Source: an uncultured delta proteobacterium
GTDB taxonomy: Bacteria; Desulfobacterota; Syntrophia; Syntrophales; UBA5619
Assembly (NCBI GenBank): GCA_963817385.1
Contig: CAWFOM010000010.1
Span: forward strand, 288,001 to 352,000
Reading direction: 5' to 3'
Length of the DNA stretch: 64,000 nt
The position numbers and the translations under genes are program-made. Every line of letters begins with the position of its first letter. Positions within the stretch are counted from its first letter, which is position 1. This document shows, piece by piece, positions 19,712 to 30,879 of the stretch. Under the pieces are notes generated by a model, which was not told the origin of the DNA, searched no databases, and was given only the letters and a program-made list of their open reading frames with translations.

Positions 19712-19866
19712 CATCACCTGACGCCCCGGGATACCAGGGAGTACTCCCGCGGATGAAGCCAATCTCGCGGAGGATCCGCCCGAATAGGCGGTCAATCTCT
19801 TCTGTGCCATACGGCCCCTGCCGAAGGGCGCAGAGTATCCGGAAGCGGTTTGAACAGATCGAATGA
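19712..19866 (-). pseudogene. recD: Decayed internal fragment of recD (exonuclease V alpha)
   Basis: Across frameshifts reads FDLF/NRFRILCALRQGPYGTEEIDRL...PWYPG/RQVM, matching the RecD segment LLCALREGPFG...WYxGRPVM. Confidence 0.7.
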
Positions 19867-20101
19867 TTTTGAATATTCTCATTCATTATCGATATGATAT
19901 AGATAGTTCTTAAAGCAGTTTATGATTGTTTTATTGAGATGATAAGGAAGAGATCGAGGGAGGGGGAGAGAGTTCCAACAGACATCACTGCTGCCGTCAT
20001 CAATAAGAATGGCCTGGGCAGCCGGAGCGTTGCCCCGGTTCACGGCCAAGCTGAGCCTGTGGATGCCGCTTAAGAATGAACCAATGCTGTCTTTCCGGCG
20101 A

Positions 20102-20803
20102 TCAGGACCGATCCTTGATGAGCATAGTCGACGGGTCGAGAAGCAAGGCAGCCGCGGGAGCTGCGGATACAGCGCCCTTGAGCGGCTTGATGTTAATATC
20201 CGCATGATCGGTTTGCAGCTCCAGAACCAGATCAAAGAGATCGGCAACCGGCGCAAAAGAAGCCGGAAGTCCATCTGGTCCCTGTTTTTCGTGCCGGTGT
20301 GTATGGACGGTGAACCAGATATGCATTCCGTGCTTCCCGGTCAGTGCCTTCAAGGCCATGAGGGAAGGCCGCTGTGAGGCATCGCAATGGAGGCCGTCGA
20401 TGATCATCATCTCCGGTCTGAATATCCCCTGTTCGGTGAGGTCGTTCAGACGCTCCTCAAGCTTTGGAACACTGAAACTCTCCACGCGGAAGGTCATGAT
20501 GAACCGGTAGGGCAGAATGGAATCCCACAGATGTTTGATCTGGGCCCCTTCATACTGACTGGCAAGATGATTGAAGAGTTCTCCATACCAGAGGGTCACT
20601 TTGTTGACCGGGTCGTTCAGACAGATATGGAGGACATGCCTGTTCCTGAGCATGCCGTTCAAGGCCATCTGGACCAGGAGGGCGGTCTTCCCCACGCCGG
20701 CATAGGCGAGAACGGCGCCGAATCCTCCGGCGGGGAGGATGTCTTCCGTTTCAAAACCCAGATGCCTGAGCGGATTACGGAGGATAAGCTCTTTTTTTAA
20801 CAT
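20102..20803 (-). CDS. RecA/KaiC-superfamily P-loop protein of unknown function
   Basis: GFGAVLAYAGVGKTALLVQ Walker A-like, MMIIDG Walker B-like. Confidence 0.7.
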   Translation of the reverse strand: MLKKELILRNPLRHLGFETEDILPAGGFGAVLAYAGVGKTALLVQMALNGMLRNRHVLHICLNDPVNKVTLWYGELFNHLASQYEGAQIKHLWDSILPYRFIMTFRVESFSVPKLEERLNDLTEQGIFRPEMMIIDGLHCDASQRPSLMALKALTGKHGMHIWFTVHTHRHEKQGPDGLPASFAPVADLFDLVLELQTDHADINIKPLKGAVSAAPAAALLLDPSTMLIKDRS

Positions 20804-20877
20804 AGTGATATTCCAATCTTGTAGTTTAATGATCCGTTCGGAAGGCCCGGGGAGAGGGAAAACACACGCCCCGGATC

Positions 20878-22971
20878 TCATGCTGCGCTCTTTTTCCTCA
20901 ACGCCACCTCTTCCGCAATCTGCTCTGCAATCGATTGCGGTACCTGCCGGTAAAGGGCAAATTCCATCGTGAACTGAGCCTTCCCCTGGGTGGCTGACCT
21001 CAAAACCGTCGAAAAACCGAACATCTCAGCCAGGGGAACCTGTGCTTCGACTACGGTCATGACCTCCTCATCCTGCGCCCCGACAATCATCCCTCTTCTC
21101 TGATTGAGGAGCCCCATCACCGCCCCTTGAAACTCGGTCGGCGACTCCACAACCACCTTCATGATCGGTTCATGGACCACCGGTTTGGCCTTGGCGTAAC
21201 CTTCGCGGAAAGCCCCGCGGGCTGCTGCCTGGAAAGCCATATCGGAGGAATCCACCGCATGGGAGGCGCCGTCGTTGATTACGACGCGCACCCCCGTTAC
21301 CGGAAATTCCATCTTCGGTCCTTTGACAATGGACTGGCGGAAGCCTTTTTCACAGGCGGCGATGAACTGGGTGGGAATGGAGCCTCCCCTCACCTCGTTA
21401 TCAAAGATGAAATCCTCCGAACCTTCCGTGATCGGTTCCAGGTATCCGGCCACGCGACCGTACTGCCCGGAACCGCCCGTCTGCTTCTTATGGGTATAGT
21501 TGAATTCAGCGCGCTGAGTGATCGTTTCGCGGTAGGCCACCCGCGGCTTTCCCGTCTCCACTTCGGCACTGTATTCCCGCTTCATCCGCTCAACATAGAT
21601 CTCCAGATGCAGTTCCCCCATCCCCTCGATAATCGTTTCGCTGGTCTCCTCATCAACATGGGTACGGAAGGTGGGATCCTCCTTCGTGAAACGGTTCAGC
21701 GCCTTGGACATGTTGATCTGCGACTTGTTGTCTTTGGGAAAGATGGCCAGCGATATAACGGGTTCCGGAACGAACATCGATGTCATGGTCAGATTATGGC
21801 CCGGGGAAACAAAGGTATCTCCGGAGGCGCATTCGATTCCGAACAGGGCTCCGATATAACCAGCCGAGATCGCTTCGATATCCTCCATCTGCTCGGCATG
21901 CATGCGGACCACGCGCCCCACCTTTGTCTTTTTACCGGTCCGAGAGTTGACGATCACCGATCCCTTGGCCAGCGTCCCTTGGTAAACCCGTACGTACGTC
22001 AGCTGACCGTAATGTCCGTCTTCAAGTTTGAAGGCCAAAGCCACAATCGATTTTGAAGGATCAGTGGAAAGCACCACGGTTGCCTCGTTCTGGTCTAGGT
22101 CGAGGGCGGTGTTTTCGATATCGGCAGGACACGGGAGATACCTGGTCACCGCATCCAGAAGCGGCTGTACCCCTTTATTCTTATAAGCCGATCCGATGAG
22201 CACGGGGGTGATCTTCCGTGCCAGCGTTCCCCGGCGAATGGCCTCGATAATCAGGGAATCGGCGATCGGCTTTTCCTCCAGAACTGCCTCCATGAGTTCA
22301 TCAGAAAACATGGTTGCGGCTTCGACCATTTCCTCCCGTTTCCTGCGGGCCTCGGCCATCAGTTCCGTTGGGATATCCTCAAATCTGAGATGCTCGCCGT
22401 TGTCTCCTTCGAAGTAAATTGCTTTCATTTCCAAAAGATCAATCACCCCTTGAAAATCCGCCTCCAGGCCAATCGGCATCTGCAGGGCGACGGCATTGTG
22501 ACCCAGTTTGGAACGAAGCTGACCGATCACCCGGGAGGGATCCGCTCCACTGCGATCGCACTTGTTAATAAAGGCGAGACAGGGGACTTGGTAGCGCTTC
22601 ATTTGCAGATCTACGGTTATCGATTGCGATTGAACGCCGCCAACAGAGCAGAGGACGAGAACGGCGCCATCGAGCACCCTAAGCGAGCGCTCGACTTCAA
22701 TCGTAAAATCTACGTGACCGGGGGTATCGATAATATTGATTTGATGGTCAAGCCATTGGCAGAACGTGGCTGCGGACGCTATGGTAATTCCGCGCTCCTT
22801 TTCCAGTTCCATGGAGTCCATGGTGGCGCCGACACCGTCTTTGCCCTTGACGTCGTGAATGGCGTGTATGCGCTTCGTATAGAAGAGTATTCTCTCGGTG
22901 AGCGTAGTCTTTCCCGAATCAATATGGGCGCTGATTCCGATATTCCTGACATTTTCTACTGTGGTATTCAT
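20878..22971 (-). CDS. fusA: Elongation factor G (stand-alone paralog, mtEFG1/spdEFG1-like)
   Basis: [55 protein letters not shown]. Confidence 0.95.
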   Translation of the reverse strand: MNTTVENVRNIGISAHIDSGKTTLTERILFYTKRIHAIHDVKGKDGVGATMDSMELEKERGITIASAATFCQWLDHQINIIDTPGHVDFTIEVERSLRVLDGAVLVLCSVGGVQSQSITVDLQMKRYQVPCLAFINKCDRSGADPSRVIGQLRSKLGHNAVALQMPIGLEADFQGVIDLLEMKAIYFEGDNGEHLRFEDIPTELMAEARRKREEMVEAATMFSDELMEAVLEEKPIADSLIIEAIRRGTLARKITPVLIGSAYKNKGVQPLLDAVTRYLPCPADIENTALDLDQNEATVVLSTDPSKSIVALAFKLEDGHYGQLTYVRVYQGTLAKGSVIVNSRTGKKTKVGRVVRMHAEQMEDIEAISAGYIGALFGIECASGDTFVSPGHNLTMTSMFVPEPVISLAIFPKDNKSQINMSKALNRFTKEDPTFRTHVDEETSETIIEGMGELHLEIYVERMKREYSAEVETGKPRVAYRETITQRAEFNYTHKKQTGGSGQYGRVAGYLEPITEGSEDFIFDNEVRGGSIPTQFIAACEKGFRQSIVKGPKMEFPVTGVRVVINDGASHAVDSSDMAFQAAARGAFREGYAKAKPVVHEPIMKVVVESPTEFQGAVMGLLNQRRGMIVGAQDEEVMTVVEAQVPLAEMFGFSTVLRSATQGKAQFTMEFALYRQVPQSIAEQIAEEVALRKKSAA

Positions 22972-23205
22972 ACTTCTTCCTTCTGCAGTGAACGCCTCAA
23001 CGTTCATGTATTTTAAAAATAAAAAAATCCCTCATTTGGAGAAGTCATACCAGATGGGGGATCCACTGTTGATGACAAAAGTAATAATTGATGTCGTAGA
23101 TATATGCGATTATGCGTTGATTGTCAAGATATTTCTGCTATTCGGCGCGGTACTCGCACGGTGGGTGAGAAAGCCGCCACGTTGTCTTACCGCAACTGGG
23201 GCGGC

Positions 23206-24334
23206 TCAGTTCCTTCCGTGCAGGATCTCTCTTAGGGCCTCGGAAAGCAGGGTTACATTTTCCCTCCGGCTGGAGAAACCCATCAGCCCCACCCGCCAGA
23301 TCTTACCCTTCAGGGGTCCGAATCCGCCAGCTATGTCGATGTTATAGGCATCGCGCAGGCGCGTTCTGACGGCAACGTCATCAACCCCGTCGGGAACACA
23401 GACAGTGGTGAGAGCGGGCAGACGATGACCCTGGGGGACAAAGAGACTCAAGCCGAGGTTCTCCATTTTTTCCCACAGATACTCAGCGATTGCCTGATGG
23501 CGGAACCAGCGGTCTTCCAGCCCCTCTTCAAGGACGAGTCTGAGCCCTTCCCGGAATCCATAATGGAGGGTCGTGGAAGGGGTATGATGGTACACCCGTT
23601 CCTTGTTCCAGTATTTCTCGATCATCGTCAGGTCGAGATACCAGTTGGGAACGCGATTTTTCCGGCAGCGAAGGATATCTCCTGCCCGATCGCTTACCGT
23701 TAGGGGGGAGAGACCGGGAGGGCAGCCGAGACACTTCTGCGATGCACTGTACGCTACATCGATGCCCCACCGGTCGATATTCACGGGCACACCGCCGAGC
23801 GAAGTGACACAGTCGATCACGAACAGGGCACCGTGCCGGTGAACAAGATCACCGATTCCATCGAGGGGCTGGAGGGCGCCCGTCGACGTTTCCGCGTGGA
23901 TCAGGGCCAAGAGCTTGACCGGCCTGTTCTCGACAAGCGCGGCTTCGATCTCCTCACGGGTAAACACGTCCCCCCAGTCCTTTTCTATTCTTTTCACGTT
24001 GGCGCCGTAGAGTCGCGCCATCTCGCACATCCGTTCACTGAAATAAGCCGTTGCAGCCGATGACGACCGTATCTCCGGGTTCCACAAAATTGCAGAAGGA
24101 GGTTTCCATACCCGCGCTGCCCGTCCCCGACATGGGGAACGTCAGGGTGTTCTTGGTCTGAAAAACAGCCCGCAACAAGACCTGTTCTTCGTCCATGAGG
24201 GAGAGCCATTCCGGATCGAGATATCCAACCAGTGCCGTACTCATCGTACGGAGTACGCGGGGATGTACGGCGCTGGGCCCCGGACCGAGAAGAAGGCGGT
24301 GCGGTACATTCAGATCATTGATAGCGAGTGCCAT
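23206..24334 (-). CDS. Alanine-glyoxylate/serine-pyruvate aminotransferase (class V), +1 frameshift near 24045
   Basis: LLGPGPS, SGTGSAGME, HAETSTG, SASQKCL; two ORFs joined by removing one base (GCNG-YFSERM). Confidence 0.88.
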
Positions 24335-24557
24335 AAAATTACCTTAAATTTTACCGGAAATGAGAAAAATGTTTTACAAGCCGGGAATGCTGAACAACCG
24401 GGCTGTTCCGGCTCTTACATAAAAGCGGGTTTCGCATACAATGGGTGAAAAGAAAATGTCAAGCGGAAATTGCAGAAATTGACCTCTTCGGCAGCACCCC
24501 GCGGAAAACTCTTCGCTCTTAAGGAACAGACCACGATGTTTTCGCTTGGTGCCGGAT

Positions 24558-25577
24558 TCAGGAAAGATGGAGGACGTTGAGCTCCTTCATGATCTCCTGC
24601 GCCCGACCGGCACTTCCCAGAACGTTACGGTTTTTCCCCCGATACAAGTCCAAGAGGGCTTCCCTCGCCGGCCCCAGGTATTTTCGGGGATCGAACTCCT
24701 CCGGCTGCAGCGCAAAAATCTCGCGGATCTTCGCAGTCATCACAAGCCTTCCGTCTGAGTCGATATTAACCTTGCAGACGGCCGATCGGGCCGCTTCCCT
24801 GAGCTGCTCTTCAGGGATACCGATGGAGTCTTTCATACGACCCCCGTATCGGTTTATCGTGGCCACGGCGTCCTGTGGGATTGAAGATGAACCATGCAGG
24901 ACGATGGGGAAACCGGGAATACGCCTTTCAATGTCACGGAGGATATCAAGACGAATCTCCGGTTTTTGTCCCGCCTTGAACTTATAGGCCCCATGCGAGG
25001 TCCCGATCGAAATGGCGAGGGAATCCACCCCGGTCCTTTTGACAAAATCCTCCACGTCATCGGGGCGAGTGTAGGTGTGACGGGCGGCCGTAACCTCGTC
25101 CTCCACGCCAGCGAGAATGCCCAACTCCCCCTCCACGGTCACATTATGGTGATGCGAATATTCAACCACCTGCCTCGTAAGAGCCGCATTCTCCTCGTAA
25201 GAGAGATGTGAACCGTCAATCATCACTGAGGAAAAACCGGTTTCGATGCAAGAGACGCAGAGATCGACGGAATCTCCATGATCGAGGTGTAAGGCAATCG
25301 GAATCACCCCGATACCGTTTCGTTCGGCTTCCCTCTTCATCATTTCCACTGCCCCTCGACCCATATGGCTAAGCAGGGTTCTATCCGCATATTCCCGCGC
25401 CCCCTTTGACACCTGGAGGATGACAGGCGACTGCGTCTCCAGGCAGGCCATGACAATCGCCTGGAGTTGTTCCATATTGTTGAAGTTGTAGGCAGGAATG
25501 GCGAAGCCATCTCTTATCGCAGCGGCGAACATCGCCTTCGTATTGACAAATCCCAGTGACGAATAGAGGATCTGCAT
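24558..25577 (-). CDS. fba: Class II fructose-bisphosphate aldolase
   Basis: AYNFNN, HLDHG, SVMIDGS, EGELG, GTSHGAYK, VLHGSS, DPRKYL. Confidence 0.95.
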   Translation of the reverse strand: MQILYSSLGFVNTKAMFAAAIRDGFAIPAYNFNNMEQLQAIVMACLETQSPVILQVSKGAREYADRTLLSHMGRGAVEMMKREAERNGIGVIPIALHLDHGDSVDLCVSCIETGFSSVMIDGSHLSYEENAALTRQVVEYSHHHNVTVEGELGILAGVEDEVTAARHTYTRPDDVEDFVKRTGVDSLAISIGTSHGAYKFKAGQKPEIRLDILRDIERRIPGFPIVLHGSSSIPQDAVATINRYGGRMKDSIGIPEEQLREAARSAVCKVNIDSDGRLVMTAKIREIFALQPEEFDPRKYLGPAREALLDLYRGKNRNVLGSAGRAQEIMKELNVLHLS

Positions 25578-25897
25578 GGCCTTGCTCCTTTCTCGAATTC
25601 ACTTTTTTGATGGAGGATCGTGCCGGAATACCCGATGATGCCGTCGACCTCAGGATCAGGTCCCCTAGCAATTTCTTACCACAAGGGCGGTATCGTGACA
25701 AGGTATTTCAGTTATAGGATGACGGCTCAGATATCCTCTCTTGACAAAAAGCAGATTTCACTTTAGTGATCAGATGTGAAGTCCGGCGAAAAGCGGGTGA
25801 AAAACATATCCTGGTGATGTATTTCATCGTGACATCGTTGCCCGCAGCAACTGTTATCTTTAATTTGTCAAGATTCTGGTAAGACAGGAGGCGTGAA

Positions 25898-26149
25898 ATG
25901 AGCGAAACGGTCAGGATGTATGCGTTGAGCACGTGCAGCCACTGCAAGGCTGCAAAAAAGTTCTTGAAAGATCATGGCGTGGCCAATCTCTGCACCGAAG
26001 TAGACCTTCTTACCGGTGACGAGCGAAAAGCGATCATTGAAGAGGTAAAAAAGTACAATCCGGCCTGCAGCTTCCCCACCATCATCATCGGAGAGAAGGT
26101 CATTGTCGGCTTCAACGAACAGGCCATCCGGGAGGCGCTGGGTATATGA
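25898..26149 (+). CDS. Glutaredoxin-like (NrdH-type) protein
   Basis: TCSHC active site, SFPTIIIG, VGF. Confidence 0.88.
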   Translation: MSETVRMYALSTCSHCKAAKKFLKDHGVANLCTEVDLLTGDERKAIIEEVKKYNPACSFPTIIIGEKVIVGFNEQAIREALGI

Positions 26150-26481
26150 CCGCGGTCGAACAGCTATACGAAATGCTCAAACGGACCCAGGAACCAAAGG
26201 GTTACTATTTCAACCGGGACCAGGCGCGGGTAAACGACCTCCTCGCCGCTCTTCTCATAAACCGCGACCGGTACGGGTACATGTGCTGTCCCTGCCGGCT
26301 GGCGTCCGACGACCGCGACAAAGATCGGGATATCATCTGCCCGTGTATCTACCGGGAGGCGGATGTGCGTGAGTACGGCAGTTGTTACTGTAATCTTTAT
26401 GTAACCCCTGACTGGAATGCGGGGAAAATACCCCCCATCTATGTACCGGAGCGGAGACCGCTGGATAAACTCCCTTATTGA
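26146..26481 (+). CDS. Ferredoxin:thioredoxin reductase catalytic-subunit-like protein
   Basis: CPCR...CPC...GSCYCNLY motifs; ATGA overlap with glutaredoxin. Confidence 0.88.
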   Translation: MTAVEQLYEMLKRTQEPKGYYFNRDQARVNDLLAALLINRDRYGYMCCPCRLASDDRDKDRDIICPCIYREADVREYGSCYCNLYVTPDWNAGKIPPIYVPERRPLDKLPY

Positions 26482-26508
26482 CCCGACTTGTTGCATGAGG
26501 ATTTCCGA

Positions 26509-28092
26509 ATGAATCTTAGTTGGACGTTTCCCTATCCGTCACAGAGAATGCCGGTTTTTGCCCGCAATGTCGTAGCCACCTCTCAGCCGCTGGCTGCACA
26601 GGCAGGTTTGCAGATGCTTGCACGCGGCGGCAATGCGGTTGATGCTGCCCTTGCCGCAGCCATTACCCTTACCGTCGTCGAACCGACCAGTAACGGTATC
26701 GGCAGCGACGCCTTCGCCCTGATCTGGGACGGGCAGGAGCTTCATGGTTTGAATGGATCCGGACGCTCGCCGCGCGCCTGGACCCCCGGCCGCTTTGCCG
26801 GTAGGAGTAAGATGCCCCAGCTCGGCTGGGACGCAGTGACCGTTCCCGGCGCCGTTGACGCCTGGATATCCCTATCGCGTAAATTCGGGAAGCTCCCCTT
26901 TTCAGACCTTTTCGAATTTGCCATCCGTTATGCGGCCGACGGATTTACCGTTTCCCCGATAACGGCCGAGCGGTGGTCGATTGCACCGGCCCGATTCCGT
27001 GAATTTCCCGACCTTGCCGACGCCTTTCTCATGTACGGCCGTGCTCCCCAACCGGGAGAATTCTTCCAGCCCCGGGGAATGGCGCGCACGTTGCGGATCA
27101 TCGCCGAGACCGGCGGTGAATCTTTCTACCGGGGAGAACTCGCGGCGAGAATAGTCTCCCATGCAGAGAAAACGGGCGGGTCGATGACAGCCGCGGATCT
27201 GGCGGAGCATCATTCGGAATGGGTTAAACCTCTTTCCCAGAACTGGCTGGGGACTACGCTGTATGAACTTCCACCGAATGGTCAGGGGCTTACCGTTCTG
27301 ATAGCCCTAGGCATCTTGAACCATCTTTCCATTGAGAACTATCCCGTCGATTCCGTGGAGAGCCTTCACCTCCAGATGGAAGCGATGAAGGTCTCCTTCG
27401 CTTTAGCAAAGCAGCATATCGCCGACCGGGCTTGGATGACCATCGAACCTGCTTCGCTTCTGGAAGACTCCTTTCTGGAAGGCCATTCCCGTACTATCCG
27501 GATGGACCGTGCCGCCTTCCCGGCATCTTCCATACCCCCGGATGGAGGAACCGTCTATCTGACAACCGCCGATAAAAACGGAATGATGGTGTCCTATATC
27601 CAGTCCAATTACCGTGGTTTCGGATCAGGGATTGTCATTCCCGGCACTGGGATCAGCCTTCAGAACCGCGGTGCGGGGTTCACCCTTGAGGAAGGTCATC
27701 CCAACTGTGTCGACGGCGGGAAACGCCCCTATCACACTATTATTCCGGCATTTCTGTTGCGGGACGGAGCCCCTTTGATGAGTTTCGGCGTCATGGGCGC
27801 CCATATGCAGGCACAGGGACACCTGCAGATGATGCTCCGCATCATCGCTTACGGGCAAAACCCGCAGGCCGCAGCCGATGCCCCCCGCTGGTACCTCGAT
27901 GAGGAATCGCGCTTGTCTCTCGAGCCGGGTTTTGGTCCTTCCATTCGCGAAGAGCTTCGGGACCGGGGCCATCGGTTGACCCCCGATATTCCGACCTCCG
28001 TCTTCGGCGGGGCACAGCTCATCTATCGTTTGCCACACGGCTACTGTGCTGCCTCAGATCCAAGAAAAGACGGCCAGGCCGTCGGTTTCTAA
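26509..28092 (+). CDS. ggt: Gamma-glutamyltransferase family protein
   Basis: GGNAVDAA, LPPNGQG, TVY nucleophile Thr, KRPYHTI, SDPRKDG. Confidence 0.9.
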   Translation: MNLSWTFPYPSQRMPVFARNVVATSQPLAAQAGLQMLARGGNAVDAALAAAITLTVVEPTSNGIGSDAFALIWDGQELHGLNGSGRSPRAWTPGRFAGRSKMPQLGWDAVTVPGAVDAWISLSRKFGKLPFSDLFEFAIRYAADGFTVSPITAERWSIAPARFREFPDLADAFLMYGRAPQPGEFFQPRGMARTLRIIAETGGESFYRGELAARIVSHAEKTGGSMTAADLAEHHSEWVKPLSQNWLGTTLYELPPNGQGLTVLIALGILNHLSIENYPVDSVESLHLQMEAMKVSFALAKQHIADRAWMTIEPASLLEDSFLEGHSRTIRMDRAAFPASSIPPDGGTVYLTTADKNGMMVSYIQSNYRGFGSGIVIPGTGISLQNRGAGFTLEEGHPNCVDGGKRPYHTIIPAFLLRDGAPLMSFGVMGAHMQAQGHLQMMLRIIAYGQNPQAAADAPRWYLDEESRLSLEPGFGPSIREELRDRGHRLTPDIPTSVFGGAQLIYRLPHGYCAASDPRKDGQAVGF

Positions 28093-28297
28093 GAGGGTAT
28101 ATTGGGCAAATGAAGTGTAACCAAGCCGATGCTCCGAATCGCCGGTACACCTGACATTTCCCACACCGGGAAAACCGATAAAACACCAAATCTCATTGAC
28201 TTTCTCTTCTGTTTCTGTTTATGTGCCGCAGTTTTCGTCGTAGCGGCTAAGTATTTTCACCGTTAACCGCCGACAGGATCGGTGTTGGTTTGTTGAT

Positions 28298-29335
28298 ATG
28301 AAACTTGAAGAATTCGACTACGCCCTTCCGGAAGAACTGATCGCCCAGGAACCCGCCGCGGTCAGGGACCTCTCCCGGATGATGGTCGTGCACCGGCTGA
28401 CGGGGCGCATCGATATCCGTTCGTTCCGCGATCTTCCGGAATACATCGGCCCGGGCGACGTGATCGTCGTCAACGACTCCCGCGTCTTTCCGGCGCGTCT
28501 CATCGGCCGGAAGGGGACCGGCGGACTGATCGAGATCCTCCTGCTCACCCGCAGTCAGGACGTGCTGCCGGGCGAGCACTGGGAGGTCCTCCTGCGGCCC
28601 GCCAAACGGGTCGCCATCGGGATGACCATCTCTTTTGCCGACGCGTGCCAGGCGACGGTCGTCAGCCGCCTGTCAGAAAAACAGTGGCTCCTGGAATTCA
28701 CCACCTCGATGCCGTTCGAGGAGTTTCTCGCCCGGCAGGGAAGAGCCCCGCTGCCGCCCTACATAAAACGCAAACGGGATCGGTCGCGTTCGGAACGTGA
28801 TCTGGAGAGATACCAGACGGTCTATGCCCGCGTGAAAGGTTCGGTCGCGGCGCCGACGGCGGGCCTCCACTTCACGCCGGGGGGCCTGGATCGGCTGCAA
28901 AGCCTCGGCGTAACCATTGCCCCCGTCACACTCCACATCGGCTACGGGACATTCCTGCCCATCGAAACAAAGCGCGTGGAGGATCATGTCATGGAGGAGG
29001 AGCATTTCGCCCTCGGCGAGGAAACCGCCCGAAAGGTCAACGAAGCAACGCGGGTCATCGCCGTCGGGACGACCGCGACCCGCGTCCTGGAGTCTGTCGC
29101 CGGCGAAGAGGGTCGGATCGGGCCTGCTGCCCGCTCGACCAGGCTCTATATCTATCCCGGGTATCGGTTCCGGCGCGTCGATGCGCTTCTCACCAATTTT
29201 CACCTCCCGAAATCGTCCCTCTTTCTCCTGGTGTCCGCCTTCGCGGGCCGGGAACTGATAAAGAAGGCCTACCGCCTCGCCATCGAGAACCGGCTCCGTT
29301 TTTACAGTTATGGGGACTGCATGCTGATCCTGTAG
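28298..29335 (+). CDS. queA: SAM:tRNA ribosyltransferase-isomerase
   Basis: FDYALPEELIAQ, PLPPYI, AAPTAGLHF, TNFHLPKS, YSYGDCM. Confidence 0.97.
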   Translation: MKLEEFDYALPEELIAQEPAAVRDLSRMMVVHRLTGRIDIRSFRDLPEYIGPGDVIVVNDSRVFPARLIGRKGTGGLIEILLLTRSQDVLPGEHWEVLLRPAKRVAIGMTISFADACQATVVSRLSEKQWLLEFTTSMPFEEFLARQGRAPLPPYIKRKRDRSRSERDLERYQTVYARVKGSVAAPTAGLHFTPGGLDRLQSLGVTIAPVTLHIGYGTFLPIETKRVEDHVMEEEHFALGEETARKVNEATRVIAVGTTATRVLESVAGEEGRIGPAARSTRLYIYPGYRFRRVDALLTNFHLPKSSLFLLVSAFAGRELIKKAYRLAIENRLRFYSYGDCMLIL

Positions 29336-29340
29336 GGTGA

Positions 29341-30462
<1,122 letters not shown>

Positions 30463-30525
30463 TGGGTGCGACTCCGGCGAAAAATTAAAATGCAATGATT
30501 ATTTCTGATAAGGGAGGGCTTTACT

Positions 30526-30861
30526 GTGACGAATCTGGCTTATGCGATGGGCTCACTACCGGGCGGAGGGGGTGGTGGAGGCGCCGCCGGCGGCGATTTC
30601 AGTTTTATCATTATGATGGGCATTCTTTTTGCCATCTTTTACTTTCTTCTGATCCGGCCCCAGCAGAAAAAACAGAAGGAGGTCAAGAATATGATCGCAA
30701 ATCTCGCCCACGGAGACCTGGTGATGACCTCCGGCGGGATTCAGGGGAAGGTCACGGCGCTGACCGACACGGTCGTGACGATCGAGATCGCTGACAAGGT
30801 CAAGATAAAGGTCGCCAGGAACTTTATCGGCGCCGTCCTGCAAAAGGCGCCAAAGGAATAA
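30526..30861 (+). CDS. yajC: Preprotein translocase subunit YajC
   Basis: FYFLLIRPQQKKQK, GDLVMTSGGI. Confidence 0.95.
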   Translation: MTNLAYAMGSLPGGGGGGGAAGGDFSFIIMMGILFAIFYFLLIRPQQKKQKEVKNMIANLAHGDLVMTSGGIQGKVTALTDTVVTIEIADKVKIKVARNFIGAVLQKAPKE

Positions 30862-30879
30862 GGCTGAAAGGGGTAAACC

